Shown piece after piece: positions 28,778 to 37,807 of a stretch of 64,000 nucleotides of DNA. Location of the stretch: positions 3,872,001-3,936,000 of the forward strand of contig CBDBZU010000004.1 of assembly GCA_965213625.1 (NCBI GenBank), in the 5' to 3' direction. The notes under the pieces are model-generated. The model saw nothing but the letters and a program-made list of their open reading frames with translations. It was not told the origin of the DNA and did not search any database. This DNA is from a bacterium. GTDB lineage: Bacteria > UBA8248. Made by a program: the position numbers and the translations under genes. How positions within the stretch are numbered: position 1 is the first letter of the stretch; each line of letters begins with the position of its first letter.

Positions 28778-30040
28778 TCACCCCAGCGGGTCGAGGCCCA
28801 GCACGGCGCGGCGCACGAGTTCCATCCCGTAAATCGGCGCGCGCGATTGCACGAACTGCTCGTTCCCCCCGAAGCTCGACGAGAAGGTGAAGGCGTCGTC
28901 TCCGGTGTCGAGCGCCATGTGGGTGTCGCCCAGGGCGGGCGCGCGGCGGGAATTTTCGGGTTCGATGTTCTCCGGCGGATTGGGGCCGAAGACGGCCAGC
29001 CCTAAGTCGGCGCCGGATTCCTCACGAATTCTCTCCGCGAGCGCTTTTGCGAAATCCTCAGGGCTTGCTCCCGCATCCACGCCGAACATGCGCGCGAGTT
29101 CCTCAGCGTGCAAGCCGACGACGCCGCGCTTTAAGAACTGCACGCGCTCGGGCCAGGCGTTCAGCCGCTGGATCAAAGCCCCGCCCGTGTTCGACTCGAC
29201 GATCGCGATGGTCTTGCCGCTCTGGGCCAGCACACGCGCCAGCGTCTCCTCGAGCGTCGCGTTCCCGGTGGCGTATACGGCCGAGCCGAGAATCTCGCGC
29301 ACCTTCACCTCGAGACCCGCGATCAGGTTGTTCGCCTCTTCGATGTCTTTCGCGCGCGCGGTGATGCGCACGTCCACCTGGCCGGGGTGGGCGAGCACGC
29401 CGATGCTCGGGTTGACCGACTCGCGGAACAGGTCCGATATCATCTCGTCCACGCGCGATTCGCCGAGGCCGCATGTCTTCAAGACCTTCGTGCGGATCAC
29501 CTCTCCCAAATCGAATTTCTCCTGCAGGATGGGCACCGCGCACTGGGTGATGATGTAGCGCATCTCGTGTGGCACGCCCGGGCTCACGATGATGACCCCG
29601 TTTTCGTCCTCGCACATGAAACAAGGCGCCGTTCCGCGCGGGTTCTCGATGGGCGTCGCGCCTTGGGGTATGTAGGCCTGCTTCTTGTTGTTGTCGCTCA
29701 TATGGAAGCCGCGGCGGCTGAAATACGCGCTGATGTAGTCATACAGGTCCTGGCGGAATTCGAGCTCCACGCCCATCACCTTGGCGCAGGCCTCCCGCGT
29801 CAGGTCGTCCACCGTGGGGCCGAGCCCGCCCGTGGTGATGACCACCTGGGAGCGCTCGTGCGCCTGCTTGATGACGCCCGCAATCCTGTCCAGATTGTCG
29901 CCGACGGTAGTCTTGAAAAACATATTGACGCCTATCGACTTGAGCTGGTCTGCGATGAAGGCGCTGTTGGTGTCGATGAGGTCGCCGAGGAGCATCTCGG
30001 TGCCGATGGCGACGATTTCGCCGCGTACAGGTTCCGCCAT
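28778..30040 (-). CDS. cinA: CinA family protein (MoeA-like domain plus PncC-like domain)
   Basis: IGTEMLLG.LIDTN, TTGGLGPTVDDLTRE, N.GTAP, PGVPHEM, ESNTGG. Confidence 0.92.
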   Translation of the reverse strand: MAEPVRGEIVAIGTEMLLGDLIDTNSAFIADQLKSIGVNMFFKTTVGDNLDRIAGVIKQAHERSQVVITTGGLGPTVDDLTREACAKVMGVELEFRQDLYDYISAYFSRRGFHMSDNNKKQAYIPQGATPIENPRGTAPCFMCEDENGVIIVSPGVPHEMRYIITQCAVPILQEKFDLGEVIRTKVLKTCGLGESRVDEMISDLFRESVNPSIGVLAHPGQVDVRITARAKDIEEANNLIAGLEVKVREILGSAVYATGNATLEETLARVLAQSGKTIAIVESNTGGALIQRLNAWPERVQFLKRGVVGLHAEELARMFGVDAGASPEDFAKALAERIREESGADLGLAVFGPNPPENIEPENSRRAPALGDTHMALDTGDDAFTFSSSFGGNEQFVQSRAPIYGMELVRRAVLGLDPLG

Positions 30041-30065
30041 GAATGGTTCCTTTATGCAGAAAATC

Positions 30066-30190
30066 AAAAAAAATGACCCCCGTAGGGAGTCGCATCTTAG
30101 GGGAGCGCTCCCCTACCGACAAGGGCGGGAGACTCAAGGAGGCCGTGTAAGACCCGAGAGGGGACGTGGAAAAACCCTCCTCAGGTGGAC
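30066..30190 (-). ncRNA. Candidate small RNA or structured leader with intrinsic terminator upstream of cinA
   Basis: TAGAAT (-10-like) at 30200-30195, three hairpins, then GACTCCC-TAC-GGGGGTC followed by A and T8. Confidence 0.4.
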
Positions 30191-30232
30191 TTTGATTCTA
30201 CCCCCCTCACATCAAGTAGCCGACACCCCAAA

Positions 30233-30330
30233 CCCTCACCCTGAGTAGCGGCGAAGCCGCGTATCGAAGGGCTGCCCCGAGCCAGTCCTCTCCCTCGATA
30301 CGGCGCTTCGCGCCTACTCGGGATGAGGGT
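30233..30330. repeat. Palindromic intergenic repeat, copy 2 (same family as 1048-1196)
   Basis: CCCTCACCCTGAGTAGCGGCGAAGCCGCGTATCGAAGGG...CCCTCGATACGGCGCTTCGCGCCTACTCGGGATGAGGG. Confidence 0.85.
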
Positions 30331-30343
30331 GGGTATTGTGGGA

Positions 30344-31069
30344 TTATTCCACAAGCCCCGCGAGGGCGAGCCAGCGCTCGAACCAGCGCGCAGCGCGCCG
30401 GTTCAAAGTTTCGAGATGCTCCGGCGCATCGCGTAATATCGCCTCGGGGTCCGCGTCCGAGCGCGGGGAGGCCATATCGCCCTCGAACGCCTCCAGCCAG
30501 GTGGTGATGTCCGCCATCCCGGTTTCCAGGTGAAACTGGAAGGCGTAGGCGCGCGCCCCCCACCGGAACGCCTGGTTCGGGTACCGCGCGGAAGACGCGA
30601 GATGCACCGCGCCCTCAGGAATATCGAACGTATCCCCGTGCCACTGGAATACGGGGAAGGTCGCCTCCTCATCCCCCAGCAGCGGGTCTCCCTGCGCCTC
30701 GGGCGTCAGGTCCACCGGGAACCAGCCGATCTCCTTTTTCTCCTCTCCCGGATACACGCGGGCGCCCAGCGCCGCCGCCATCAATTGCGCGCCCAGGCAG
30801 AGGCCGTAAACGGGAAATCCCGCATGAAGCACCTCGCCCAGGAAACGAAGCTCATCGGCCAGCCAGGGGTATTTCTCAGCCTCGTAAACGCCCATCGGCC
30901 CGCCCAGGACGACAATCGCCTCGGTGTCCTCGAGCTCACCCAAAGAGTGCGGGAGACGCTCCCCCTTGTGGAGGGCCAGGTAGCGCGCGGGAATGCCGCG
31001 CTGCGCGAGCACCTCTTCGAGCAGCGAGAGCCTCTCCACGTCGACATGTTGAAGCGCCAGAACGGACAA
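30344..31069 (-). CDS. Type 1 glutamine amidotransferase (GMP-synthase-like)
   Basis: LQHV, LGGPMGVYE, GLCLGAQL, FQWHGDTF, FQFHLE. TTG start after GAGGA; the track extension runs into a MITE. Confidence 0.9.
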   Translation of the reverse strand: MSVLALQHVDVERLSLLEEVLAQRGIPARYLALHKGERLPHSLGELEDTEAIVVLGGPMGVYEAEKYPWLADELRFLGEVLHAGFPVYGLCLGAQLMAAALGARVYPGEEKKEIGWFPVDLTPEAQGDPLLGDEEATFPVFQWHGDTFDIPEGAVHLASSARYPNQAFRWGARAYAFQFHLETGMADITTWLEAFEGDMASPRSDADPEAILRDAPEHLETLNRRAARWFERWLALAGLVE

Positions 31070-31088
31070 TCGGATATCCTCGTATAAG

Positions 31089-31424
31089 AGGTTGTTGAAA
31101 AGCCTTTGCCAGGAGAGTACCCCCCTTGTCGGGGGCTTATCTTTCATCTCTTCGTCGGGAGGCATTGCCTTTTGCGGGAAGGCCGTTTTCGCGCGAATCC
31201 CCGCCTCCCCTCGTCGCAATCAACCCCCCCTACCCCCCCTTGTCAGGGGTCAAACGCGAGTGAGGAACGAGCGTTTGCATAAGCCATTGATGAGAAACAC
31301 ATCGGTACGCAATTTCTCGCTCATCGCTCGAAATTGACCCCTGACAAGGGGGGGTAGGGGGGGTTGCTTTTCCAGTCGAAAGGGGTGTCCTCTCTACCCC
31401 CGAAAGGAACTTTTTTAACAACCC
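31089..31424. mobile_element. MITE-like element with IS1182-like terminal repeats, copy A
   Basis: Ends AGGTTGTTGAAAAG / CTTTTTTAACAACCC; internal CCCCCCTACCCCCCCTTGTCAGGGG foldback; homologous to 32934-33125. Confidence 0.65.
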
Positions 31425-31504
31425 TCAAGGGGAGAAATGTATCTCCTCTCGCGTCTGTCGATTACACACACCGAACCACGTAATCAGGCCTACCCAACAA
31501 CCCC

Positions 31505-32266
31505 CTAAATACCCAGTATCGAAAGCGTCTCCCTCAAATCCTCAATCTCGAAATCGGGCGGCTCACAGCCCTCCGGCACGGGCGCGCCCTTCCTGTTGAG
31601 CCAGGCGCACGGCATGCCCACGCTCTGCGGCCCCGTAACATCGGCATCGAACGTATCGCCCACGAAGAGCACTTCACCAGGCGCAACACCCAGTTCTTCG
31701 GCCACTTTTAGAAACAGCGACGCCGCCGGCTTCCGGAAACCCTCATCCTCCGAGATATGCACTGTATCGAAATACGGCGTAATGCCCCTTTTGTCGATAA
31801 TCCGCCTGGCGGTGGGCGCATGGTCGAAATTGCTCAGGAGCGCTATCGGCAAACCGGCTTCTTTTATCCGCCCCAGCACGTCGAGGCGGTCCGTATCGAA
31901 GACGACGGAACTCTCGATGCCGTACATGTGGGCGTTCAGGGCCGTCAGGGCGGCCCGCTCCCTGTCTTGTGCGGGAATCGACACCAGAAGCGCCATAAGA
32001 CGCCTGAAACGGACTATCGAGCGGACCTCCTTGAGTTCGGGGTCGTTGTTACGCTCGCCCCACACCTCTTTGGAGTTCTGGATCCAGAGCTGGTGGAAGG
32101 CCTGGTAATTCGGCACGAGGAATCCCCCGTCGTAAAGCGCGTCATAAGCCGCCTTCGAGGTGGTCTTCTCCTCCTTGCCGTCTATTTCCACCACCGGAAA
32201 AAGGGAGATGTCGAAATCAACGAGCGTGTCGAACAGATCGAACGCAACCGCGCGATACGAAGCCAA
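31505..32266 (-). CDS. HAD family hydrolase
   Basis: FDLFDTL, LSNFD, RKP, VGDTFDADV.G. Confidence 0.92.
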   Translation of the reverse strand: MASYRAVAFDLFDTLVDFDISLFPVVEIDGKEEKTTSKAAYDALYDGGFLVPNYQAFHQLWIQNSKEVWGERNNDPELKEVRSIVRFRRLMALLVSIPAQDRERAALTALNAHMYGIESSVVFDTDRLDVLGRIKEAGLPIALLSNFDHAPTARRIIDKRGITPYFDTVHISEDEGFRKPAASLFLKVAEELGVAPGEVLFVGDTFDADVTGPQSVGMPCAWLNRKGAPVPEGCEPPDFEIEDLRETLSILGI

Positions 32267-32302
32267 GGGAACTCCTTGCGAAATGAGGGCCGGGTTCGGG
32301 GA

Positions 32303-32806
32303 TCAGTCGTAGGAACCGTCCATGTCCATTTTCCGGTACCCGCTGCCGTAGAAAAGAAGCGGGGCGCGCACCTCGTCTTCGAGCAGGACGCGCGTCACGC
32401 GCCCGATGACGATGGTGTGGTCTCCCCCCGGAAGCTCCTCGTGCAGGTCGCACTCCAGCACGCCCACGTTCCCCGTGAGCACGGGCGATCCGTTTTCCCC
32501 GGTTTCATACGGGATGTCCGCGAACTGATCCTCCGCGTCCCTGCCCTTGCCCGCAAACCAGTCCGAAGTTTCCTTCTGCTCCTCGGACAGGAAATTGATG
32601 GCGAACTTCTTCGCATCCTGCACCATCTTCAGGCTCGAGGCCTTGTTGTCGTAACACACCAGGACGAGCGGCGGGTCGAGCGAGAGGGAGGAAAACGCGT
32701 TCGCCGTCATGCCGCGCGCTTCGGTTTCGGTTTTCGCGGTGACGACCGTGACGCCCGTCGCGAACCTGCCGAGGGCCGTTCTGAATTCTTTTCCGTCAAT
32801 GCTCAT
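32303..32806 (-). CDS. Flavin reductase family protein
   Basis: FRTALGRFATGVTVVT, SLSLDPPLV, GGDHTI. Confidence 0.93.
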   Translation of the reverse strand: MSIDGKEFRTALGRFATGVTVVTAKTETEARGMTANAFSSLSLDPPLVLVCYDNKASSLKMVQDAKKFAINFLSEEQKETSDWFAGKGRDAEDQFADIPYETGENGSPVLTGNVGVLECDLHEELPGGDHTIVIGRVTRVLLEDEVRAPLLFYGSGYRKMDMDGSYD

Positions 32807-32933
32807 GTGAAAAATCCCCTAAAGTGAACGCTTCGGTTTAGTCCGAATATCTCTCATTTTTGAACAGGTCCGCGTCGTTGAGGTACCCACGCGTCTCCCG
32901 GAAAAGCGCCGTCATTCCCAGACCCTCGTCTAT

Positions 32934-33125
32934 GGGTTTGTTGGAAAAGCCTTTGTTAAGGGAATAACCCCCCAACCCCCCTTGTCAGGGGGGCTTTTCT
33001 TCCACCTCCTCGTCGAGGTTTTTTTTTTCTTACCCCCCTGTCAAGGGGGGGTAGGGGGGGTTGCTTTTCCAGTCGAGAGGGGCGTCCCCTATACCCCCAT
33101 AAAAGAGGCCTTTCCCAGCAACCCC
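32934..33125. mobile_element. MITE-like element, copy B
   Basis: Ends GGGTTTGTTGGAAAAGCC / GGCCTTTCCCAGCAACCCC; shares GGGGGGTAGGGGGGGTTGCTTTTCCAGTCGA.AGGGG with copy A. Confidence 0.65.
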
Positions 33126-34159
33126 TACCCTATGGGCGCGAGGAGCACTTTCAGCCCGGCCCCGCGCGCCATGATGTCGAATCCTCTCTCCCACTCATCG
33201 AGCGGTAGCATATCGGATACCATCGCCTCGGCGTCGACCCTGCCCTCTTCCAGCAACTTGAGCGCCAGCAGCCACGCGGAGCGCTTCTGCCCAAAGGTGC
33301 CGACCAGGCGAATCTCCTTGAACGCCAGCCGGTCCATATCAACGGGAACGGGTGCTCCGGGCAGGCCCACCTGGAGGATTTCGCCTCCCTTCTTCACCGC
33401 CTCGACGCAGACCCCGAGAGCGCCGGGAGCCCCCGCCGCCTCTACGCCCAAGTCGACCCCCCAGCCGTTCGTGACCGCGAGAGCACGCTCCAGGACGTTT
33501 TCGGTCTCCACGTTCACCGTCCATTCCGCGCCGAGCGAGCGGGCGAGGGCGAGCCTGTGCGCGTCCTTCCCGGTCCCGGCCACCATCACCCGCGCGCCGT
33601 GGGCGATTGCCGCCTGCGCGCAGCCCAGGCCGATTGCGCCCGGCCCCATGATGAGCACGAAATCTCCCTCGCGCACGCTGCACTGCTCACACACGCCGTG
33701 CACGCAGACCGCGAGGGGTTCGGAGAGTGCTGCCGCCTTGAGGCTCACGCTATCGGGCAGGCGGTGAATCGACTCCGCCCGCGTGACCACGTAATCGGTG
33801 AACGCGCCGTTGCTCACCACGCCCGCGATGTCGCGCTCCTCGCACCGGTTGTAGCGGCCCGAGATGCAGTGCGGGCATGCGCGGCACGTGGACTTCGTGG
33901 GCTCGGCCGTCACCCTTGCGCCGAGCGGAATTCCCTCGACGCCCGCGCCCGTTTCCACCACCTCGCCCGAGAACTCATGCCCCAGCACCAGGGGCGGGAA
34001 ATAGTGAAAAAACTCGCCCGAGGCGATGTGCACGTCCGTGCCGCAGATGCCGGCGTGGGCGATTTTGACCTTCACCTGCCCGGGTCCGGCGTGAGGCTCC
34101 GCAACGTCCAGGAGCGCCATATTGCCGGTCCCTTTCGCCTGTTTCACCAGGGCTTTCAT
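33125..34159 (-). CDS. Zinc-binding (MDR) alcohol/polyol dehydrogenase
   Basis: GICGTD, GHEFSG, four-Cys Zn loop, G.GAIG. Confidence 0.93.
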   Translation of the reverse strand: MKALVKQAKGTGNMALLDVAEPHAGPGQVKVKIAHAGICGTDVHIASGEFFHYFPPLVLGHEFSGEVVETGAGVEGIPLGARVTAEPTKSTCRACPHCISGRYNRCEERDIAGVVSNGAFTDYVVTRAESIHRLPDSVSLKAAALSEPLAVCVHGVCEQCSVREGDFVLIMGPGAIGLGCAQAAIAHGARVMVAGTGKDAHRLALARSLGAEWTVNVETENVLERALAVTNGWGVDLGVEAAGAPGALGVCVEAVKKGGEILQVGLPGAPVPVDMDRLAFKEIRLVGTFGQKRSAWLLALKLLEEGRVDAEAMVSDMLPLDEWERGFDIMARGAGLKVLLAPIG

Positions 34160-34180
34160 GTCTGCCTCGCGTGAACCGAA

Positions 34181-34894
34181 TCAGGCGTTCAGCACGGCGA
34201 TCGCCCGGATCGGCGAGCCCGACCCGCCCGTAATCTTGAGCGGAAGCCCAATGTAGAGAAACTCCTTGCCCACCACCAGCTCGATGTTGCACAGGTTCTC
34301 CGTGTTCGTGCGGCCCAGTTCGCGGCAAACGAGGTGGCAGGGATAGTCCGGGCTGGTCGCCATGTCCATACTCGGGGCGTCGGTGCCCACGTTGATGGCC
34401 CCGCACTCGCCGTAGACGTACTCGGCCGCTTCGCGCGTCCAGCCTGCGTAGGCCGTCGTGTACTTCGGCGTCGGGTGGTGGCGCTTGAAGTGTCCATACG
34501 TGTAGAGGAGCGTATCGCCAGGCTTCAGCTCGTAATTGTAATGGTCGAGCCTGCGCTTCACGTCGTCCGCGTCGATGTAGCTGTTGTCTTCGACGTTTTC
34601 GAAATCAATCGCGATGCCCCGGCTGTAGAAGGAATCGAAATTCATCTCGTCGATGTGCGGCGCATCGGGCGAGGGGTCGAGATGGCTGATGGAATCCACG
34701 TGCGTAGGGCCATGCTCGCAGAACTGGATGATGCCCGAGTAATAGCTCATCTCGCTCTTGAAGCGGCCGCTGGCGGCGCTTTCCTCGTGCGTCATGTTCG
34801 TCCAGCGCCAGGTCTCGGGGTGCCCCACGAACACGGGCTGTCCCTGGTAGATGTCTTGCGAGAGATCAACGATTTCGTGATTCTTGTACGCCAT
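34181..34894 (-). CDS. Cyclase family protein (kynurenine formamidase-like metal hydrolase)
   Basis: IVDLS, EHGPTHVDSISH, GTDAPSMD, ENL, PLKITGGSGSPIRAIA. Confidence 0.9.
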   Translation of the reverse strand: MAYKNHEIVDLSQDIYQGQPVFVGHPETWRWTNMTHEESAASGRFKSEMSYYSGIIQFCEHGPTHVDSISHLDPSPDAPHIDEMNFDSFYSRGIAIDFENVEDNSYIDADDVKRRLDHYNYELKPGDTLLYTYGHFKRHHPTPKYTTAYAGWTREAAEYVYGECGAINVGTDAPSMDMATSPDYPCHLVCRELGRTNTENLCNIELVVGKEFLYIGLPLKITGGSGSPIRAIAVLNA

Positions 34895-35228
34895 GGTGAT
34901 TCTCCTCCGGCATGTACCGCTATAGGTGAACTGTTCGAATCCTTGCGATTCGCTGCTTGAAGCACGTCTTTTGATTCAGGCCAAAACCGGCGAAACGACT
35001 TGCCCGTTTCCGGGTTTCATCTGGGAAAATTCGTGGGTTTTGAGCGCTTTTGATATTAGAGTCGGGGTGAATCCTTGTCAACGGAATGGCTTGGGGGCGC
35101 GCCCGCCCGCCTTTCGCCGGAATGGCAAGGGCGAACCCGCGCGTCCGCCCCGATAGGGGCTTGTCGAAAAACACCTTAAAGGTTGGGTTTAATCTCTCGA
35201 GGGCCTTGAAGTTCACTCCCCCCTTGAG

Positions 35229-36748
35229 GGGGCTGTTGAAAAACCCCCGGCATTGTGATTGGGTGTAATGACACTATCTCGCCCGAGATGGGAGTTCCCT
35301 CGATGATAGGCAGCAAGAGGCGCGAGCAGATGGATTTGTTCGTGGCCGGTTCGCTGGATCGGCTGATCCCCGAGGATCACGTCCTGATGCGCGTGGACCG
35401 CGTACTGGATTTGAGTTGGCTTCGTGAGGAGGTGGCGGATTGCTATTGCGCGGACAATGGTCGACCGGGGATCGACCCGGAGGTGGCGCTCCGCTTGATG
35501 CTTGCGGGTATGTTGCTGGGCTACGTACACGACCGGCGTCTGCTTCGCGAGGCGCGTGCGCACCTGGCGATCCGGTGGTTCATCGGGTACGGGCTGCACG
35601 AGGATTTGCCGCATCATTCGAGCCTGACGCGGATTCGTCAGCGGTGGGGGGAGGCTCGGTTCAAGGAGATATTCCGTCGCACGGTGCAGGCTTGCCTGGA
35701 GGCGAATGTGGCGAAGGGGGAAGTGGTACACGTGGACGCCTCGTTGATACGCGCGGACGTGAGCTGGGAGAGTCTGGCGGCGCACCACGCGGAGAAGGTG
35801 ATTCGGGAGAATCCCGTCGATGATGAGGGGGAGAAGAAGGGAGGAGGCCGCGGTGGCGGGGGTCGGGTGAGCCGGACGGACCCGGACGCGCGGCTTGCGC
35901 GCAAGAGCGCGCGGGCGGGGTTCGAGCCGAGCTACAAGCAGCACGCGGCGGTGGACGATGAGCGGGGTGTTGTTCTCGACGTGTCGGTGACGGAGGGGAC
36001 GCGGAACGAGCGTGAGATGATGGCGTCCCATATAGAGGCGGTAAGCGAGTTGTCGGGCCGCGCGCCGGAGATGGTGACGGCGGATTCGGGCTACGCGTAC
36101 TCGAAGGTTTATGGCGAATTGGAGCGGCGGGGCGTGGAAGCGCTGATACCAGCGAAGAAGGAACCCAGCCAGAGCCGTGTTCCGCTGCAGTTGTTCCACT
36201 ACGACGCGCGCAACGAGGTGGTGAAGTGTCCGGGAGGCAAGACGCTGCGCCCCCGGCAGGCGACGGAGCGGGGGCGCTCCTATGTATCGAAGACGCGGGA
36301 TTGCGCGGGCTGCGCGCTCCGTGCGGATTGTCTGTCGAAGTCGCGCACGAGCAGGACGGTGTTGATTCCGCACGCGTATCCGGCGCTGTTGCGCGCGCGT
36401 CGGCGGCATGCGCGCTGGGGGGAGGAGGAGAAGCGTCTCTATGGCCGCCACCGTTGGCGCTCGGAGGGCTACCACGGCGAGGCGAAGAGCCGGCACGGAC
36501 TGGGGCGGGCGGTGCGCCGGGGCCTTGCGAACATGCGGATCCAGTCCTACCTGACGGCGATAGCGGTGAACCTCAAGCGGCTGGCCGCCGCTTTTGCGGC
36601 GCGTATATTCGCCCTCTGGACGGCCTGTGCCGCCCGGAGACGCCGGCTGCGCGCACATGGCGCCCTCACGCGCCAATTGGGCTGCCTCCCCGCCGCCGCG
36701 TGAGCCGCCAAAACGCCCGCTTCCAACACCGGGTTTTTCAACAGACCC
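35229..36748 (+). mobile_element. Complete IS1182-family insertion sequence with 5-bp target duplication TTGAG
   Basis: IRL GGGGCTGTTGAAAAACCC (35229), IRR GGGTTTTTCAACAGACCC (to 36748); TTGAG at 35224-35228 and 36749-36753. Confidence 0.9.
35303..36703 (+). CDS. IS1182-family DDE transposase
   Basis: LIPEDH, GRPGIDP, PHHSSLTR, VDAS, TDPDARL, ADSGY, CPGG/C..C..RADC zinc ribbon, EAKSRHGL, NLKRL. Confidence 0.93.
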   Translation: MIGSKRREQMDLFVAGSLDRLIPEDHVLMRVDRVLDLSWLREEVADCYCADNGRPGIDPEVALRLMLAGMLLGYVHDRRLLREARAHLAIRWFIGYGLHEDLPHHSSLTRIRQRWGEARFKEIFRRTVQACLEANVAKGEVVHVDASLIRADVSWESLAAHHAEKVIRENPVDDEGEKKGGGRGGGGRVSRTDPDARLARKSARAGFEPSYKQHAAVDDERGVVLDVSVTEGTRNEREMMASHIEAVSELSGRAPEMVTADSGYAYSKVYGELERRGVEALIPAKKEPSQSRVPLQLFHYDARNEVVKCPGGKTLRPRQATERGRSYVSKTRDCAGCALRADCLSKSRTSRTVLIPHAYPALLRARRRHARWGEEEKRLYGRHRWRSEGYHGEAKSRHGLGRAVRRGLANMRIQSYLTAIAVNLKRLAAAFAARIFALWTACAARRRRLRAHGALTRQLGCLPAAA

Positions 36749-37083
36749 TTGAGGGGGAGTCGCAGAAGCCGAGCTTTTTTTGCGAAGGCTGATGCGGTGG
36801 GGGGTGAATCGCGTTTTATCGCCACTCCGAATCATACCCCCCACCAGTTCACTTTCGGGCTTACACCCTCAGTTCACTGTCTGGCTTTCCCCTCGGGAAG
36901 CCAGACCCTCAAGGGGGAATGAACTTCAAAGGCGTTCGCGCAACCCAAATTCGCTTGCCGAGGGTTTTTCAACAGCCTTGGACAAGGGGGGGGTAGGGGG
37001 GGTGACTCTATGGAGTTTCCCTTTCAAGGGGGTTGCCTTTACCCACTCACAGGACTTTTCTCAACAACCCCGCCCGCCTGGAA

Positions 37084-37113
37084 TTGACATCTAAAAGCCC
37101 GCCTACTTACCAT
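37084..37113 (+). promoter_or_regulatory. Sigma70-type promoter
   Basis: TTGACA-18 bp-TACCAT upstream of the nucleotidyltransferase gene. Confidence 0.5.
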
Positions 37114-37156
37114 GCCGACCAGGCTTCAGTCCTTTCTCTCGTTACGGAGAATTTCA

Positions 37157-37777
37157 ATGGCGGACGCGCGCCGCGTCACGGCGATCCTGCTCGCCGCAGG
37201 TCTCTCGAAGCGCCTGGGGCGGAACAAACTCCTCCTGCCCCTCGGGGATGAGACCGTCGTCCGCAAAACGGCGAAAGCGGTGCTCGCGAGCGCTGTTACA
37301 GAAGTCATCCTCGTGACGGGCCATGAGGAGGCGATGGTGAAACAGGCCGTGGCTGGTCTGAACGTGCGCCTCGCGCACAACCCACGCTACGCCGAGGGCC
37401 AGAGCACGAGCATGATCGCAGGAATCGAGGCGGCGAAAGAGGATACCGAAGCCTATCTATTCGTTCTGGGCGATCAGCCCCTGCTGACGCCGGGAATCGT
37501 GAACGAGGTGATTTCCCTTTATAAGAGGTCCCGGCCCGACGCCCTTGTCGCGGCGCCGGCCTACGGGGGCAGGCGCGGGAACCCCACGCTGTTCTCAGCT
37601 GAACTCAAAGACGAATTGCTCCGGACGAGCGGCGATGCGGGCGGCAGGGGAATCATCCGGAGACTGGAAAACGAATCTCCGGGGGCGATCGTATTTCACC
37701 ACCTGCCCAATGATGATATCTTTCTCGACATCGACACGGAAAAAGATTACGAATCCATGCTTCGTAAATTCCAATAA
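37157..37777 (+). CDS. MocA/MobA-like molybdenum cofactor nucleotidyltransferase
   Basis: LLAAGLSKRLGRNKLLL, LGDQP, GNP.LF, GDAGGR, DIDT. Confidence 0.88.
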   Translation: MADARRVTAILLAAGLSKRLGRNKLLLPLGDETVVRKTAKAVLASAVTEVILVTGHEEAMVKQAVAGLNVRLAHNPRYAEGQSTSMIAGIEAAKEDTEAYLFVLGDQPLLTPGIVNEVISLYKRSRPDALVAAPAYGGRRGNPTLFSAELKDELLRTSGDAGGRGIIRRLENESPGAIVFHHLPNDDIFLDIDTEKDYESMLRKFQ

Positions 37778-37807
37778 TCCTCAGACGAGCAGCGAAGGAG
37801 TGTATTC

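Noticed and set aside
35213-36844. 543-aa antisense ORF over the IS1182 transposase
   Set aside because: Shadow frame of a GC-rich gene; Arg/Pro-rich with no motifs.
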